Source: a virus
Lineage: Duplodnaviria; Caudoviricetes
DNA length: 39,275 nt
Strand: one strand, 5' to 3'
Virus record (IMG/VR): IMGVR_UViG_3300022407_004144
Location: 1-39,275 of that record
The translations under genes were made by a program, and so were the position numbers. Shown in pieces: positions 9,003-17,849 of the stretch. Under the pieces are notes generated by a model. The model was not told the origin of the DNA, made no database searches, and was given only the letters and a program-made list of their open reading frames with translations. The first letter of the stretch is position 1. Each line of letters opens with the position of its first letter.

Positions 9003-9740
9003 ATGACCGACGAAAACTCAGCGGGAGTTGAAGCCGCGCCAGAACTGGAGGCCACGGCCCCTCCCGTTGCTGAAGTCCAAACGCCGGAAGACGCGACGCC
9101 CAAGACCTTCACCCAGGATGAACTGGACGCGGTCGTCAGCAAGCGTCTCGCAAGAGAGCAGCGCAAGTGGGAACGAGAACAGCAGCGCCAAGCACCGCCG
9201 CCTGTCACCCTTCCGCCGGCTGACCAGTTCGAGAGCACCGAGGCATACGCCGAGGCGCTGGCAGAGCAAAAGGCACTCGCCTTGGTCGAGCAGAGGGAGC
9301 GGCAGCGCCAGCAGGACGCCGTTGTCGAAGCCTATTTCGACCGCGAGGAGCAGGCCCTCGGCAAGTATGACGACTTCAAGCAGGTCGCGTACAACCCGTC
9401 CCTGCCGATCACGACCGAGATGGCCGAAACCATCCGCGCCTCCGACATCGGCCCCGACGTGCTCTATCACCTCGGGACCAATCCGGCGGAAGCAGCAAGG
9501 ATCTCGAAGCTGTCGCCTCTCTTGCAGGCCAAGGAGATCGGAAAGATCGAAGCCACGCTGGCCTCGGCCCCTCCGGTCAAACGCACCACCTCCGCGCCTC
9601 CGCCTCTCTCGCCTGTCACGCCCTCCAGCAGCGGCACGCCCGCGTACGACACCACCGACCCCCGCTCCATCTCCACGATGAGCACGTCGGAATGGATCGC
9701 GCAGGAACGCCAACGGCAGATGAGAAAAGCGGCCAACTGA
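9003..9740 (+). CDS. Capsid scaffolding protein
   Basis: Acidic N-terminus, KTFTQDELD, coiled coil, GPDVLYHLG, upstream of coat gene. Confidence 0.85.
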   Translation: MTDENSAGVEAAPELEATAPPVAEVQTPEDATPKTFTQDELDAVVSKRLAREQRKWEREQQRQAPPPVTLPPADQFESTEAYAEALAEQKALALVEQRERQRQQDAVVEAYFDREEQALGKYDDFKQVAYNPSLPITTEMAETIRASDIGPDVLYHLGTNPAEAARISKLSPLLQAKEIGKIEATLASAPPVKRTTSAPPPLSPVTPSSSGTPAYDTTDPRSISTMSTSEWIAQERQRQMRKAAN

Positions 9741-9746
9741 ACCCCG

Positions 9747-10295
9747 CTACAGGCTGTAGTCCGGGAAGTTCTTAGACCCGCACCGTTGCCGAAAGGTGGC
9801 GGAAGGGACACCAGCAGCCCGCGCACCCGCGGCAACGGAAGGATACGGCTTACCTTGGAACACGCACGGTGTTTTGGGACAGACAGCAAGGAGGATCGCG
9901 GCCTTTACGCCGCGCGTCTCGGTCGCGTCCTTACGCCCCGTACGGAAGTCTCGCAGCTTCTGGCGCGTCTCCTCGGAGCGGACGTACCGCCCTCCGATGC
10001 CGTGGTGGCGATCCCGGACGTGAACGCTCGCGGTCACGCACTCCAGGTTCTCCGCTCGGTTATCTGTCTTGCATTCGTTTTTGTGATGAACTTGCTTTTT
10101 GGGGTCAAAATCCTCCAGCCAGCAAGCCGCCACAACGCGGTGCGCCAGCCTTCGCCGCCCCACACTAAGGTAGCCCGCAGTGTGTTTCGTGGGGGTGTAC
10201 GGCTGGAGGTTCCTAAGAAATTGCCCTCCGCGCGATACGGCGTAAAGATGGTCGAACACACGGTACTCCGTGCCTTCCATCGTGAAGCTAATCAT
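9747..10295 (-). CDS. HNH homing endonuclease with NUMOD3-like motif, antisense to the capsid operon
   Basis: AHRVVA..W...VHHKNECKTDNRAENLE HNH motif; SEETRQKL NUMOD3-like; GGAG before ATG at 10295. Confidence 0.85.
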   Translation of the reverse strand: MISFTMEGTEYRVFDHLYAVSRGGQFLRNLQPYTPTKHTAGYLSVGRRRLAHRVVAACWLEDFDPKKQVHHKNECKTDNRAENLECVTASVHVRDRHHGIGGRYVRSEETRQKLRDFRTGRKDATETRGVKAAILLAVCPKTPCVFQGKPYPSVAAGARAAGVPSATFRQRCGSKNFPDYSL

Positions 10296-10348
10296 GTCGG
10301 TCTCCAGTCTGTGTTCGCCATCTAACCATCGACACAAGGATATGTCAA

Positions 10349-11557
10349 ATGGGCAACTCGTTGCTTACGATCGACATGATCACCAGGAAGGCCCTGGAGA
10401 TCTTCGAAAACAACCTCGTCATCACGCGGAACATCAACCGCCAGTACGACGACAGCTTCGCCAAGGAAGGTGCCAAGATCGGCTCCACCCTGCGCATCCG
10501 CCTGCCCGACCGCGCGCTGGTAACCGACGGTGCCGCCCTGCAAGTGCAGGACGACAACGAGCAGTACACCACGTTGTCGGTCAGCAACCAGAAGCACATC
10601 GGCGTCAACTTCACCTCTGCCGAAATGGCCCTGTCGCTGGACGACTTCGCCGACCGCGTCCTCAAGCCGCGCATCAGCCAGCTCGCCGCCAGCGTCGATG
10701 CCGACGTCGCCAACGTCTACAAGGACGTCTTCAACGCCGTCGGGACCGCCGGCACCACGCCGGCCACCTCGCAGGTCCTGCTGTCGGGCCAACAGGTGCT
10801 GAACGAAGGCGCTGTCCCCATGTCGCCGCGCTACGCGACCGTGAACCCGGCCGCCAACGCCGGCCTGGTCGAAGGGCTCAAGGGCTTCTTCAATCCGGCC
10901 GACACCATCAGCCGTCAGTTCAAGAGCGGCATGATGGGTACGGGCGTGCTCGGCTACGACGAGATCAACATGTCGCAGTCGATCAAGGTCCACACCTACG
11001 GCACCCGCGCCGCCACCGGCGCGACCGTGACGACCACGGTGTCGACCCAAGGCGCTACGACCATCGCCATCACCGGCACCGGCGCGCAGGTCATCAACAA
11101 GGGCGATACCTTCACAATCGCCAACGTCTACGCCGTCAACCCGCAGACCCGCGAGAGCACCGGTTCGCTCCAGCGCTTCGTCTGCACCGCGGCCAACACC
11201 GCCTCCGGCGGCGCATACACCTCGGTTGCCATCAGCCCGGCGATCTACACCAGCTCCGAGGCGCTGGCGACGGTCAACTCCTTCCCGCAGTCGGGCGCTG
11301 CGATCATCTTCGACGGCGTCGCCTCGACCTCGGCCCCGCAGAACCTGATCTACCACAAGGACGCTTTCGCGTTCGCCACCGCCGACCTCCTGCTCCCGCA
11401 GGGTGTCGACATGGCCTCGCGCCAGGTCCACAACGGCATCTCCATGCGCATCGTTCGTGATTACGACATCAACAACGACCGCATGCCCTGCCGCATCGAC
11501 GTCCTGTACGGCTACGGTGCCATCCGCGCCGCCGCCGCCACCCGCCTGCTCGGCTAA
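10349..11557 (+). CDS. Major capsid protein, P22 gp5-like
   Basis: NSLLTIDMITRKAL, KIGSTLRIRLP, CRIDVLYG; 402 aa; strong codon bias; AAGGA RBS. Confidence 0.93.
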   Translation: MGNSLLTIDMITRKALEIFENNLVITRNINRQYDDSFAKEGAKIGSTLRIRLPDRALVTDGAALQVQDDNEQYTTLSVSNQKHIGVNFTSAEMALSLDDFADRVLKPRISQLAASVDADVANVYKDVFNAVGTAGTTPATSQVLLSGQQVLNEGAVPMSPRYATVNPAANAGLVEGLKGFFNPADTISRQFKSGMMGTGVLGYDEINMSQSIKVHTYGTRAATGATVTTTVSTQGATTIAITGTGAQVINKGDTFTIANVYAVNPQTRESTGSLQRFVCTAANTASGGAYTSVAISPAIYTSSEALATVNSFPQSGAAIIFDGVASTSAPQNLIYHKDAFAFATADLLLPQGVDMASRQVHNGISMRIVRDYDINNDRMPCRIDVLYGYGAIRAAAATRLLG

Positions 11558-11581
11558 CCCCCTCTCGGAAGGAGAACTACC

Positions 11582-11992
11582 ATGGCTCTCTCGTCAGTCG
11601 GCGGCGGCTACCAGTTCGGAGACGGCAACCTCTCGGAAGCTGTCATCCAGACCGTCCCTGCCCCCGCCACCGCCACTGCCACCGCCACCCTGACGGCAGC
11701 GCAGATCACCAACGGCATCCTGCTCGGGAGCCCCGGCTCCTCGGCCGCTGCCTACACCCTGCCGACGTGTGCCGTGCTCGACGCCGCTCTGGCCAACGCC
11801 AAGGTCGGTTCGTCGTTCGACTTCTCGGTCCTGAACGTCGACGGCTCAGGCTCCGGCGTCATCACCATGACGACCAACACCGGCTGGACCCTCGTCGGCC
11901 TGATGACCATCGTGGCCACCGCCGGCACTGCCCAGGTCTTCCGCGCTCGCAAGACGGGCGACGCGGCCTGGTCCCTGTATCGCTTCGCCTGA
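11582..11992 (+). CDS. Putative head decoration/accessory protein
   Basis: 136 aa right after the coat gene, AAGGAG RBS, A/T/G-rich, highly biased codons. Confidence 0.6.
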   Translation: MALSSVGGGYQFGDGNLSEAVIQTVPAPATATATATLTAAQITNGILLGSPGSSAAAYTLPTCAVLDAALANAKVGSSFDFSVLNVDGSGSGVITMTTNTGWTLVGLMTIVATAGTAQVFRARKTGDAAWSLYRFA

Positions 11993-12000
11993 CGCCTACC

Positions 12001-12026
12001 CCGCCCCGCCTTAACCGGCGGGGCGG
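12001..12026 (+). terminator. GC-rich hairpin after the capsid genes (terminator/attenuator)
   Basis: CCGCCCCGCC-ttaacc-GGCGGGGCGG 10-bp stem; weak U tract. Confidence 0.55.
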
Positions 12027-12056
12027 CTCTACCCTTGCCAACGACGGGACAAGAGC

Positions 12057-12767
12057 ATGACGACCGCAGGAGACATCATCTACGGCGCGCTCCGTCTGAT
12101 CGGACAACTGGCAGAGGGCGAGGTTCCTTCGGCGGACACGGCGCAGGACGCGCTGACCGCGATGAACCAGATGATCGATAGCTGGAGCACCGAGCGGCTC
12201 GCTGTCTACGCCACCCAAGACCAGACTTTCGTGTGGCCCGCCAATCAGGCAACCCGCACCCTCGGCCCGTCGGGCGACTTCGTCGGCCTGCGGCCCGTGC
12301 TGCTCAACGACAGCACCTACTACGTCGACCCGAACGGGCTGGCGTTCACGCCCACGCTCATCAACGAGGCGGAGTACAACGCCATCGTCCTGAAGACGGT
12401 GACGAGTACCTACCCGCAGGTCATCTACCCCGAGGCGTCCTTCCCCGACGCGACGTACAAGGTCTACCCGGTGCCGACGCAGGCACTGACATGGCACTTC
12501 ATCTCGGTGCTGGAGCTGTCGCAGCCGGCGTCGCTCGGGACGGTCCTGTCGTTCCCGCCCGGCTACCTGCGCGCCTTCCGCTACAATCTGGCCTGTGAAC
12601 TGGCCGCCGAGTTCGGCGTGGAGCCGTCCGCGCAGGTCAAGCGTATTGCCATGGTCGCCAAGCGCGACCTGAAGCGGATCAACAACCCGAACGACCTGAT
12701 GGCGATGCCCGCGTCGCTGATGGGCATCGGCGGCCGGTACAACATCTACACTAACCAGCCGAACTGA
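12057..12767 (+). CDS. Head-tail adaptor, P22 gp4-like
   Basis: TAGDIIYGALRLIG...ALTAMNQMIDSW, AFRYNLACELAAEFG; position after coat. Confidence 0.75.
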   Translation: MTTAGDIIYGALRLIGQLAEGEVPSADTAQDALTAMNQMIDSWSTERLAVYATQDQTFVWPANQATRTLGPSGDFVGLRPVLLNDSTYYVDPNGLAFTPTLINEAEYNAIVLKTVTSTYPQVIYPEASFPDATYKVYPVPTQALTWHFISVLELSQPASLGTVLSFPPGYLRAFRYNLACELAAEFGVEPSAQVKRIAMVAKRDLKRINNPNDLMAMPASLMGIGGRYNIYTNQPN

Positions 12768-12768
12768 C

Positions 12769-14286
12769 GTGAAGAGCCCCATACTAGGATCCAGCTATGT
12801 CGTCCGCAGCCCGAACGCGGCGGACGCCCGCATGGTCAACCTCTACCCGGAGGTGATCACGGAAGGCGGCCTCGAGGCGGCCTACCTCCAGCGTTGCCCG
12901 GGTCTGCGGTTCATCTCGACGGTCGGCACGGGGCCGATCCAGGGCGAGTGGTCGCACAGCGGCGTCGGCTACGTCGTGTCGGGGCAGGAGTTCTACTCCA
13001 TCACGTCCGCCGGCGTCGCGACGCTGATCGGCACGGTCGAGAACAGCGGCCCCGTCTCCATGGCGGACAACGGCACGCAGCTTTTCATCGCCGCCGACCC
13101 GAAGGGATACATCTACAACTTCGACACCGGCGTCCTCGCCGAGATCACCGACGAGGACTTCCCCGGGGCGAGCACCGTCGGCTATCTGGACGGCTACTTC
13201 GTCTTCACCGAGCCCAACTCGCAGCGGATTTGGGTCACGACCCTGTTCGACGGCACCAGCGTGGACCCGCTCGACTTCGCCAGCGCCGAGGGTGCGCCGG
13301 ACGACGTGGTCGGTCTGGTGGTCAACCACCGCGAGGTGTGGGTCTTCGGCTCCAACTCGACCGAGGTCTGGTATAACGCCGGCGACGCCGACTTCCCGCT
13401 GGCGCGCATCCAAGGGGCCTACAACGAGGTCGGCTGCGTCGCCCCCAACTCGATCGCCAAGCTGGACAACTCGATCGCATGGCTCGGGCAGGACAGCCGG
13501 GGGCAGGGCATCGTCTACCGCGCCAACGGCTACGGCGCGCAGCGCATCTCCACCCACGCCGTCGAGTTCGCCATCCAGGGCTACTCCGACATGACGGACG
13601 CCGTGGCCTACTCCTACCAGCAGGACGGGCACGAGTTCTACGTCCTGAACTTCCCGCTGGCCGACACGACGTGGTGCTACGACGCCGCGACGAGCGCCTG
13701 GCACGAGCGGCGCGGGCTGCTCAACGGCCAGTTCACGCGCCACCGCGGCAACGCCTTCGTCAATTTCAACGGCGAACTGATCGTCGGCGACTTCGAGAAC
13801 GGCAACCTGTACGCCTTCGATCTGGACGTCTACGCCGACAACGGCGAGACGCAGAAGTGGCTGCGCCGGTGGCGCGCACTGCCGACCGGGGCCAACGACT
13901 TCAAGCGCACGGCGCAGCACGCGCTGCAACTGATCTGCGAGACGGGCGTCGGGCTGCCGGACGCCGCCGCCGACGAGCCGCTGCTGGTCGAGGCGGGCGT
14001 CGAGGTGCTGGTCGAGACGGACGTCGACGTGATGCTCGGCTACGCCTTCAACGAAAACATCGACCCGCAGGTCATGCTGCGCTGGTCCGACGACGGCGGC
14101 CACACATGGTCGAGCGAGCACTGGCGGTCGATGGGGGCCATCGGAGCGTCGCAAACGCGCGTCATCTGGCGTCGCCTCGGCATGACCAACAAGCTGCGCG
14201 ACCGCGTCTACGAGATCTCCGGCTCCGCCGCGGTCAAGGTCGCCATCATGGGGGCCGAACTGATGCTGAGCGGCTCCGATGGCTGA
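12769..14286 (+). CDS. Tail hub / DNA stabilisation protein, P22 gp10-like
   Basis: VNLYPE, MADNG, LRWSDDGGHTWS, WRRLG motifs; 505 aa. Confidence 0.88.
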   Translation: MKSPILGSSYVVRSPNAADARMVNLYPEVITEGGLEAAYLQRCPGLRFISTVGTGPIQGEWSHSGVGYVVSGQEFYSITSAGVATLIGTVENSGPVSMADNGTQLFIAADPKGYIYNFDTGVLAEITDEDFPGASTVGYLDGYFVFTEPNSQRIWVTTLFDGTSVDPLDFASAEGAPDDVVGLVVNHREVWVFGSNSTEVWYNAGDADFPLARIQGAYNEVGCVAPNSIAKLDNSIAWLGQDSRGQGIVYRANGYGAQRISTHAVEFAIQGYSDMTDAVAYSYQQDGHEFYVLNFPLADTTWCYDAATSAWHERRGLLNGQFTRHRGNAFVNFNGELIVGDFENGNLYAFDLDVYADNGETQKWLRRWRALPTGANDFKRTAQHALQLICETGVGLPDAAADEPLLVEAGVEVLVETDVDVMLGYAFNENIDPQVMLRWSDDGGHTWSSEHWRSMGAIGASQTRVIWRRLGMTNKLRDRVYEISGSAAVKVAIMGAELMLSGSDG

Positions 14287-14959
14287 CATCACGTCCATCC
14301 CCGCGTCACGCGTCCCGCTGCTGGAGCCGGGCAGCAACGTCATGTCGCGGGAGTGGTATCGCTTCCTGTTCAACCAGTTCGGCCAGACCGGCGGCGGCAC
14401 CACGGCGCTCTCGCTGAGCGACCTCGAGCTCGCCCCGCTCAACGAGGCGGACGGCGGCGCGCTGAGCGAGGACGTGCAGGGCCTGCTGTCCGCGCCGCCG
14501 ACCTATCGCTCGATCCCCCGCCGCGCAGCGTTCGCCAATAGCGCCACGCAGACCGCCGCGGCCAGCACGGCTACGGCGGTTACTTTCGACGTCACGACCT
14601 TCACAAACGGCGTTGGGCTGGTGTCGTCTTCGCAAGTGACGCCAGGGCAGGCGGGCGACTATCTCGTCAACTACCGGGTGCAGCTTGACAAGTTGACCGG
14701 CGGTGATGGTCCTGCGTGGGTGTGGCTTCGCAAGAACGGCGTCGACGTGGCTAACACGACGCTGCACTGGCACGTCAAAGGCAACGACGCCGAGGTGGCA
14801 ATCAGTACCGGTTTTCTGATCCAGATGGGGCAGACGGACTACCTGCAACTGATGTGGGCAACGACGGACGTCAATGTTATCTTGCTTGCTCCTCCGGCTA
14901 CCGCTTATTCGCCTGCGGGCCCGTCAGCGCTTCTGAATATCATACAGGTTGACCAATGA
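14279..14959 (+). CDS. Tail accessory protein (needle/knob-like, C-terminal beta-sandwich)
   Basis: SREWYRFL N-terminal motif; overlaps the end of the gp10-like gene. Confidence 0.6.
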   Translation: MADITSIPASRVPLLEPGSNVMSREWYRFLFNQFGQTGGGTTALSLSDLELAPLNEADGGALSEDVQGLLSAPPTYRSIPRRAAFANSATQTAAASTATAVTFDVTTFTNGVGLVSSSQVTPGQAGDYLVNYRVQLDKLTGGDGPAWVWLRKNGVDVANTTLHWHVKGNDAEVAISTGFLIQMGQTDYLQLMWATTDVNVILLAPPATAYSPAGPSALLNIIQVDQ

Positions 14960-15750
14960 GCTTCTTCCTCTCCCCTATCGCCGGCGCAGGGCAGCAGTTC
15001 CTTGACAACTCCGGCGATCCGCTGACCGGCGGCCTGCTCTACACTTATGCGGCCGGCACGACGACGCCCGCGACGACCTACACGACGATCAACGGCGTGA
15101 CGCAGAACACCAACCCGATCGTCATGGACGCGGCGGGGCGGCTGGAGAGCGAGGTCTGGTTGACGGGCGGTGTCGCCTACAAGATCGTGCTGCGCACCAG
15201 CACCGGCGCGCTGCTCGGCACCTACGACGACATCTACGGCATCAACGACCTGAGCACCAACGGCGTCGCGTGGGCTGACGTAACCAGCACGCCGACGACC
15301 CTGGCGGGCTACGGCATCACCGACGGCATCACCGCCGCTACCGCTGCGACCACCTACGCACCGATCAACAACGCCGGGCTGACCGGCACGACGACCATTC
15401 AGGACGCGGCGGCGACATCACACACGGCGGGCTATCTCGACGTGCCGCAGAACGCGAAGACGACCAGCTACGGCCTGCTTTTGGAGGATCGCGGCAAGTC
15501 GGTGGTCATGAACGGCGCGAGCCTGACGCTGACCATCCCGGCCAACGCCTCGGTGGCTTTCCCGGTCGGCACCGCCATCGCCGTCATCAATCTCAACGCC
15601 ACGTCGCTGTCGGTGGCCATCACGACGGACACGATGACGCTGGTCAACTCGACGACCACAGGCACCCGCACGCTGGCGCGCAACGCCATGGCCACGCTGG
15701 TCAAGGTCGGCACGACCTCGTGGCTGATCGCCGGCCTCGGGGTGACCTGA
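14956..15750 (+). CDS. Short tail fibre with head-binding-like N-terminal domain
   Basis: QFLDNSGDPLTGGLLYTYAAGTTTP..NTNPIVMD; PTTLAGYGITD fibre repeat. Confidence 0.7.
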   Translation: MSFFLSPIAGAGQQFLDNSGDPLTGGLLYTYAAGTTTPATTYTTINGVTQNTNPIVMDAAGRLESEVWLTGGVAYKIVLRTSTGALLGTYDDIYGINDLSTNGVAWADVTSTPTTLAGYGITDGITAATAATTYAPINNAGLTGTTTIQDAAATSHTAGYLDVPQNAKTTSYGLLLEDRGKSVVMNGASLTLTIPANASVAFPVGTAIAVINLNATSLSVAITTDTMTLVNSTTTGTRTLARNAMATLVKVGTTSWLIAGLGVT

Positions 15751-16361
15751 TGAGCGGCATCATGGCGGCGACCCTCGGCCTGAGCGACCTGTCGTCGCCC
15801 AACACGGTCATCTTCGACTTCTCGACCCCGACGAGCGGCGCGGTCACCGTCCCCGCGGGCTCGACCGGCTTGGTCGTCGAGGCGTGGGGCGGCGGCGGCG
15901 GCGGCGGCTTCGGCCGAGAGGCTATCGGTGACGGTGGCGGTGGTGGCGCGGGTGGCTACAGCAAGAAGACGCTGGTCTTGTCAGGCGACGACGGCAAGAC
16001 CATTCTCTACACGTCTGGGCTCCCTGGTAGCGGGTCGGGCACCGCCGACCCGGGCAACACCGGCGGCACGTCCGTCGTCAGCAGCGGAACATATATCCTG
16101 ACGGCGCTTCAGGCGTTCGGTGGGCAAGGCGGCCTGTCCGACGGCTCAGGTAACCAAGGGGCCGGCGGCGCAGCCACGGGCGGCGACACCAACACCACTG
16201 GCGCGGGCTCGGCCGCCGCCACGATCTCCGGTGCGGAAGCGACGGCCGGCGACGACGGGCTCCTCGGCGGCGCGGGCGGTTTCGGGGGTATACCCACGAT
16301 TGCGGGGGACCCGGGCGACAGTGGCACGCCCGGGCGCGTCCGCTTCGTCTTCACCATATAG
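15750..16361 (+). CDS. Glycine-rich tail fibre partner / adhesin-like protein
   Basis: TGATG coupling at 15748-15752; WGGGGGGG and GGGGGAGGY motifs. Confidence 0.65.
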   Translation: MSGIMAATLGLSDLSSPNTVIFDFSTPTSGAVTVPAGSTGLVVEAWGGGGGGGFGREAIGDGGGGGAGGYSKKTLVLSGDDGKTILYTSGLPGSGSGTADPGNTGGTSVVSSGTYILTALQAFGGQGGLSDGSGNQGAGGAATGGDTNTTGAGSAAATISGAEATAGDDGLLGGAGGFGGIPTIAGDPGDSGTPGRVRFVFTI

Positions 16362-16370
16362 GAGGGCCTG

Positions 16371-16706
16371 ATGGCCGTTTACGTCCGCGTCCTCATCCCG
16401 TCCAAGACGGCAGAGAACACCCAAACGACGCAGTACACCTCAACCGCGGTGACGACGATCATCGACAAGTTCACGGCCACGAACTACAGCTCGTCGGCTG
16501 CCACGCTGTCGATCAACCTCGTCGCGGCGCTGGACAACCCCGGCAACCAGAACCTCGTCGTCAAGACGGTCACGATCCAGCCCGGGCAGACCTACCTATG
16601 CCCCGAGGTGGTCGGGCAGGTGCTGGTCACCGGTGGGACGATCTCGACCCTCGCCAGCGCGTCGAGCGCCATCAACATCCGGGCCAGTGGGAGGACCATC
16701 TCGTGA
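16371..16706 (+). CDS. Small virion protein (putative)
   Basis: 111 aa, AGGAGG RBS, beta-rich. Confidence 0.65.
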   Translation: MAVYVRVLIPSKTAENTQTTQYTSTAVTTIIDKFTATNYSSSAATLSINLVAALDNPGNQNLVVKTVTIQPGQTYLCPEVVGQVLVTGGTISTLASASSAINIRASGRTIS

Positions 16707-17140
16707 TCGAGGCGCTCGAGGATCACTTCGTCAACCGGCTGGAGCTGCCGCGACCCGCGATTGACTGGCTGCTGGACCTGTGGCGCGTCATCCAGGTGTT
16801 CGACGACATCCACGACGGCGACGCGGTTAGGGATGTGATGCCCGCCCTGTGGGCCTCGCTCGTGACGATGCCGGGCAACCCCTTCTACCAGTCGAACGCC
16901 GCCGCGCTGCAAGCGGCCGTGGCCACGGCCATCCTGAAATGGCACGCCGCCAACGTCGCCGAGGAGCAGGGGCAGGCCGACGAGAAGTCCTACGTCTGGC
17001 GCGCGGCCTACTACGACGTGGTGCTGCTGGCCGTCCTGCTCTGCCATGGCCAGCCCGCCGCGCTGAGTATGGCACCGCTCGTGATGATGATGTACGGTGA
17101 GCCGTTCGCGGCCTATCGGGAGGAGTTCCCCAATGCCTAA
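16703..17140 (+). CDS. Alpha-helical protein with DDxxD motif (isoprenoid-synthase-like, putative)
   Basis: GTG at 16703 (GTGA overlap, GGAGG RBS); QVFDDIHDGD at residues 31-40. Confidence 0.65.
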   Translation: MIEALEDHFVNRLELPRPAIDWLLDLWRVIQVFDDIHDGDAVRDVMPALWASLVTMPGNPFYQSNAAALQAAVATAILKWHAANVAEEQGQADEKSYVWRAAYYDVVLLAVLLCHGQPAALSMAPLVMMMYGEPFAAYREEFPNA

Positions 17141-17849
17141 CCCTCTCATCGCCGTAGCCGGGGCAAGCGCAGGCTCGTCTATTATCGGCGGGGCCATGCA
17201 AGGCCGCGCGGCCCGCCGCGCGGCGGACGCGCAGGTCCAGTCCGCTGCGGAGGCATCGCGTCTTCAGCGCGAGATGTTCGCCGAACAGACCCGGCTGCAA
17301 GAGCCGTTCCGCCAAGGCGGCATCACCGGCCAGAACCGCATCATGGAGCTGCTCGGCATCGGCGGGGACGCCAGCGCCGGCGACTACGGTCGCTACGGCC
17401 GCGACTTCTCGATGAACGACTTTGAGGCCGACCCTGGTTACGCCTTCCGCCTGTCGGAAGGCAACAAGGCGTTGGAGCGTTCCGCTGCCGCGCGCGGCAT
17501 GCTGCTGTCGGGCTCGATGTTCAAGGGTGCGCAGCGGTTTGGTCAGGATCTGGCCTCGCAAGAGTACACCAACGCCTTCAACCGCTACCAGACCAACCGC
17601 TCCAACCAGCTCAACCCGCTTCAGAGCCTGATGGGTGCAGGACAGACGGCCACGAACCAACTGGCCGGCGCGGCAGGTCAACTCGGCGGACAGCTTGGCG
17701 AGAACGCTCTCGGCGCGGGCAACGCACGCGCTTCCGGTTACGTCGGCCAAGCCAACGCCTACACCAACGCGATCAACGGCGTGTCCAACGCCTTCGGTAG
17801 CTACATGGGCGCGCGCGCGCCGGGGCTGACCCCGAAGGTAGGTGGCTGA
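17133..17849 (+). CDS. DNA ejection protein, P22 gp7-like
   Basis: Hydrophobic G/A N-terminus, QEPFRQGG, DPGYAFRLSEG, SAAARGMLLSG; AGGAG RBS before ATG 17133. Confidence 0.75.
   Translation: MPNPLIAVAGASAGSSIIGGAMQGRAARRAADAQVQSAAEASRLQREMFAEQTRLQEPFRQGGITGQNRIMELLGIGGDASAGDYGRYGRDFSMNDFEADPGYAFRLSEGNKALERSAAARGMLLSGSMFKGAQRFGQDLASQEYTNAFNRYQTNRSNQLNPLQSLMGAGQTATNQLAGAAGQLGGQLGENALGAGNARASGYVGQANAYTNAINGVSNAFGSYMGARAPGLTPKVGG

Noticed and set aside
5305-16361. Diversity-generating retroelement or invertible tail-fibre switch
   Set aside because: No reverse transcriptase, invertase or template/variable repeat pair seen
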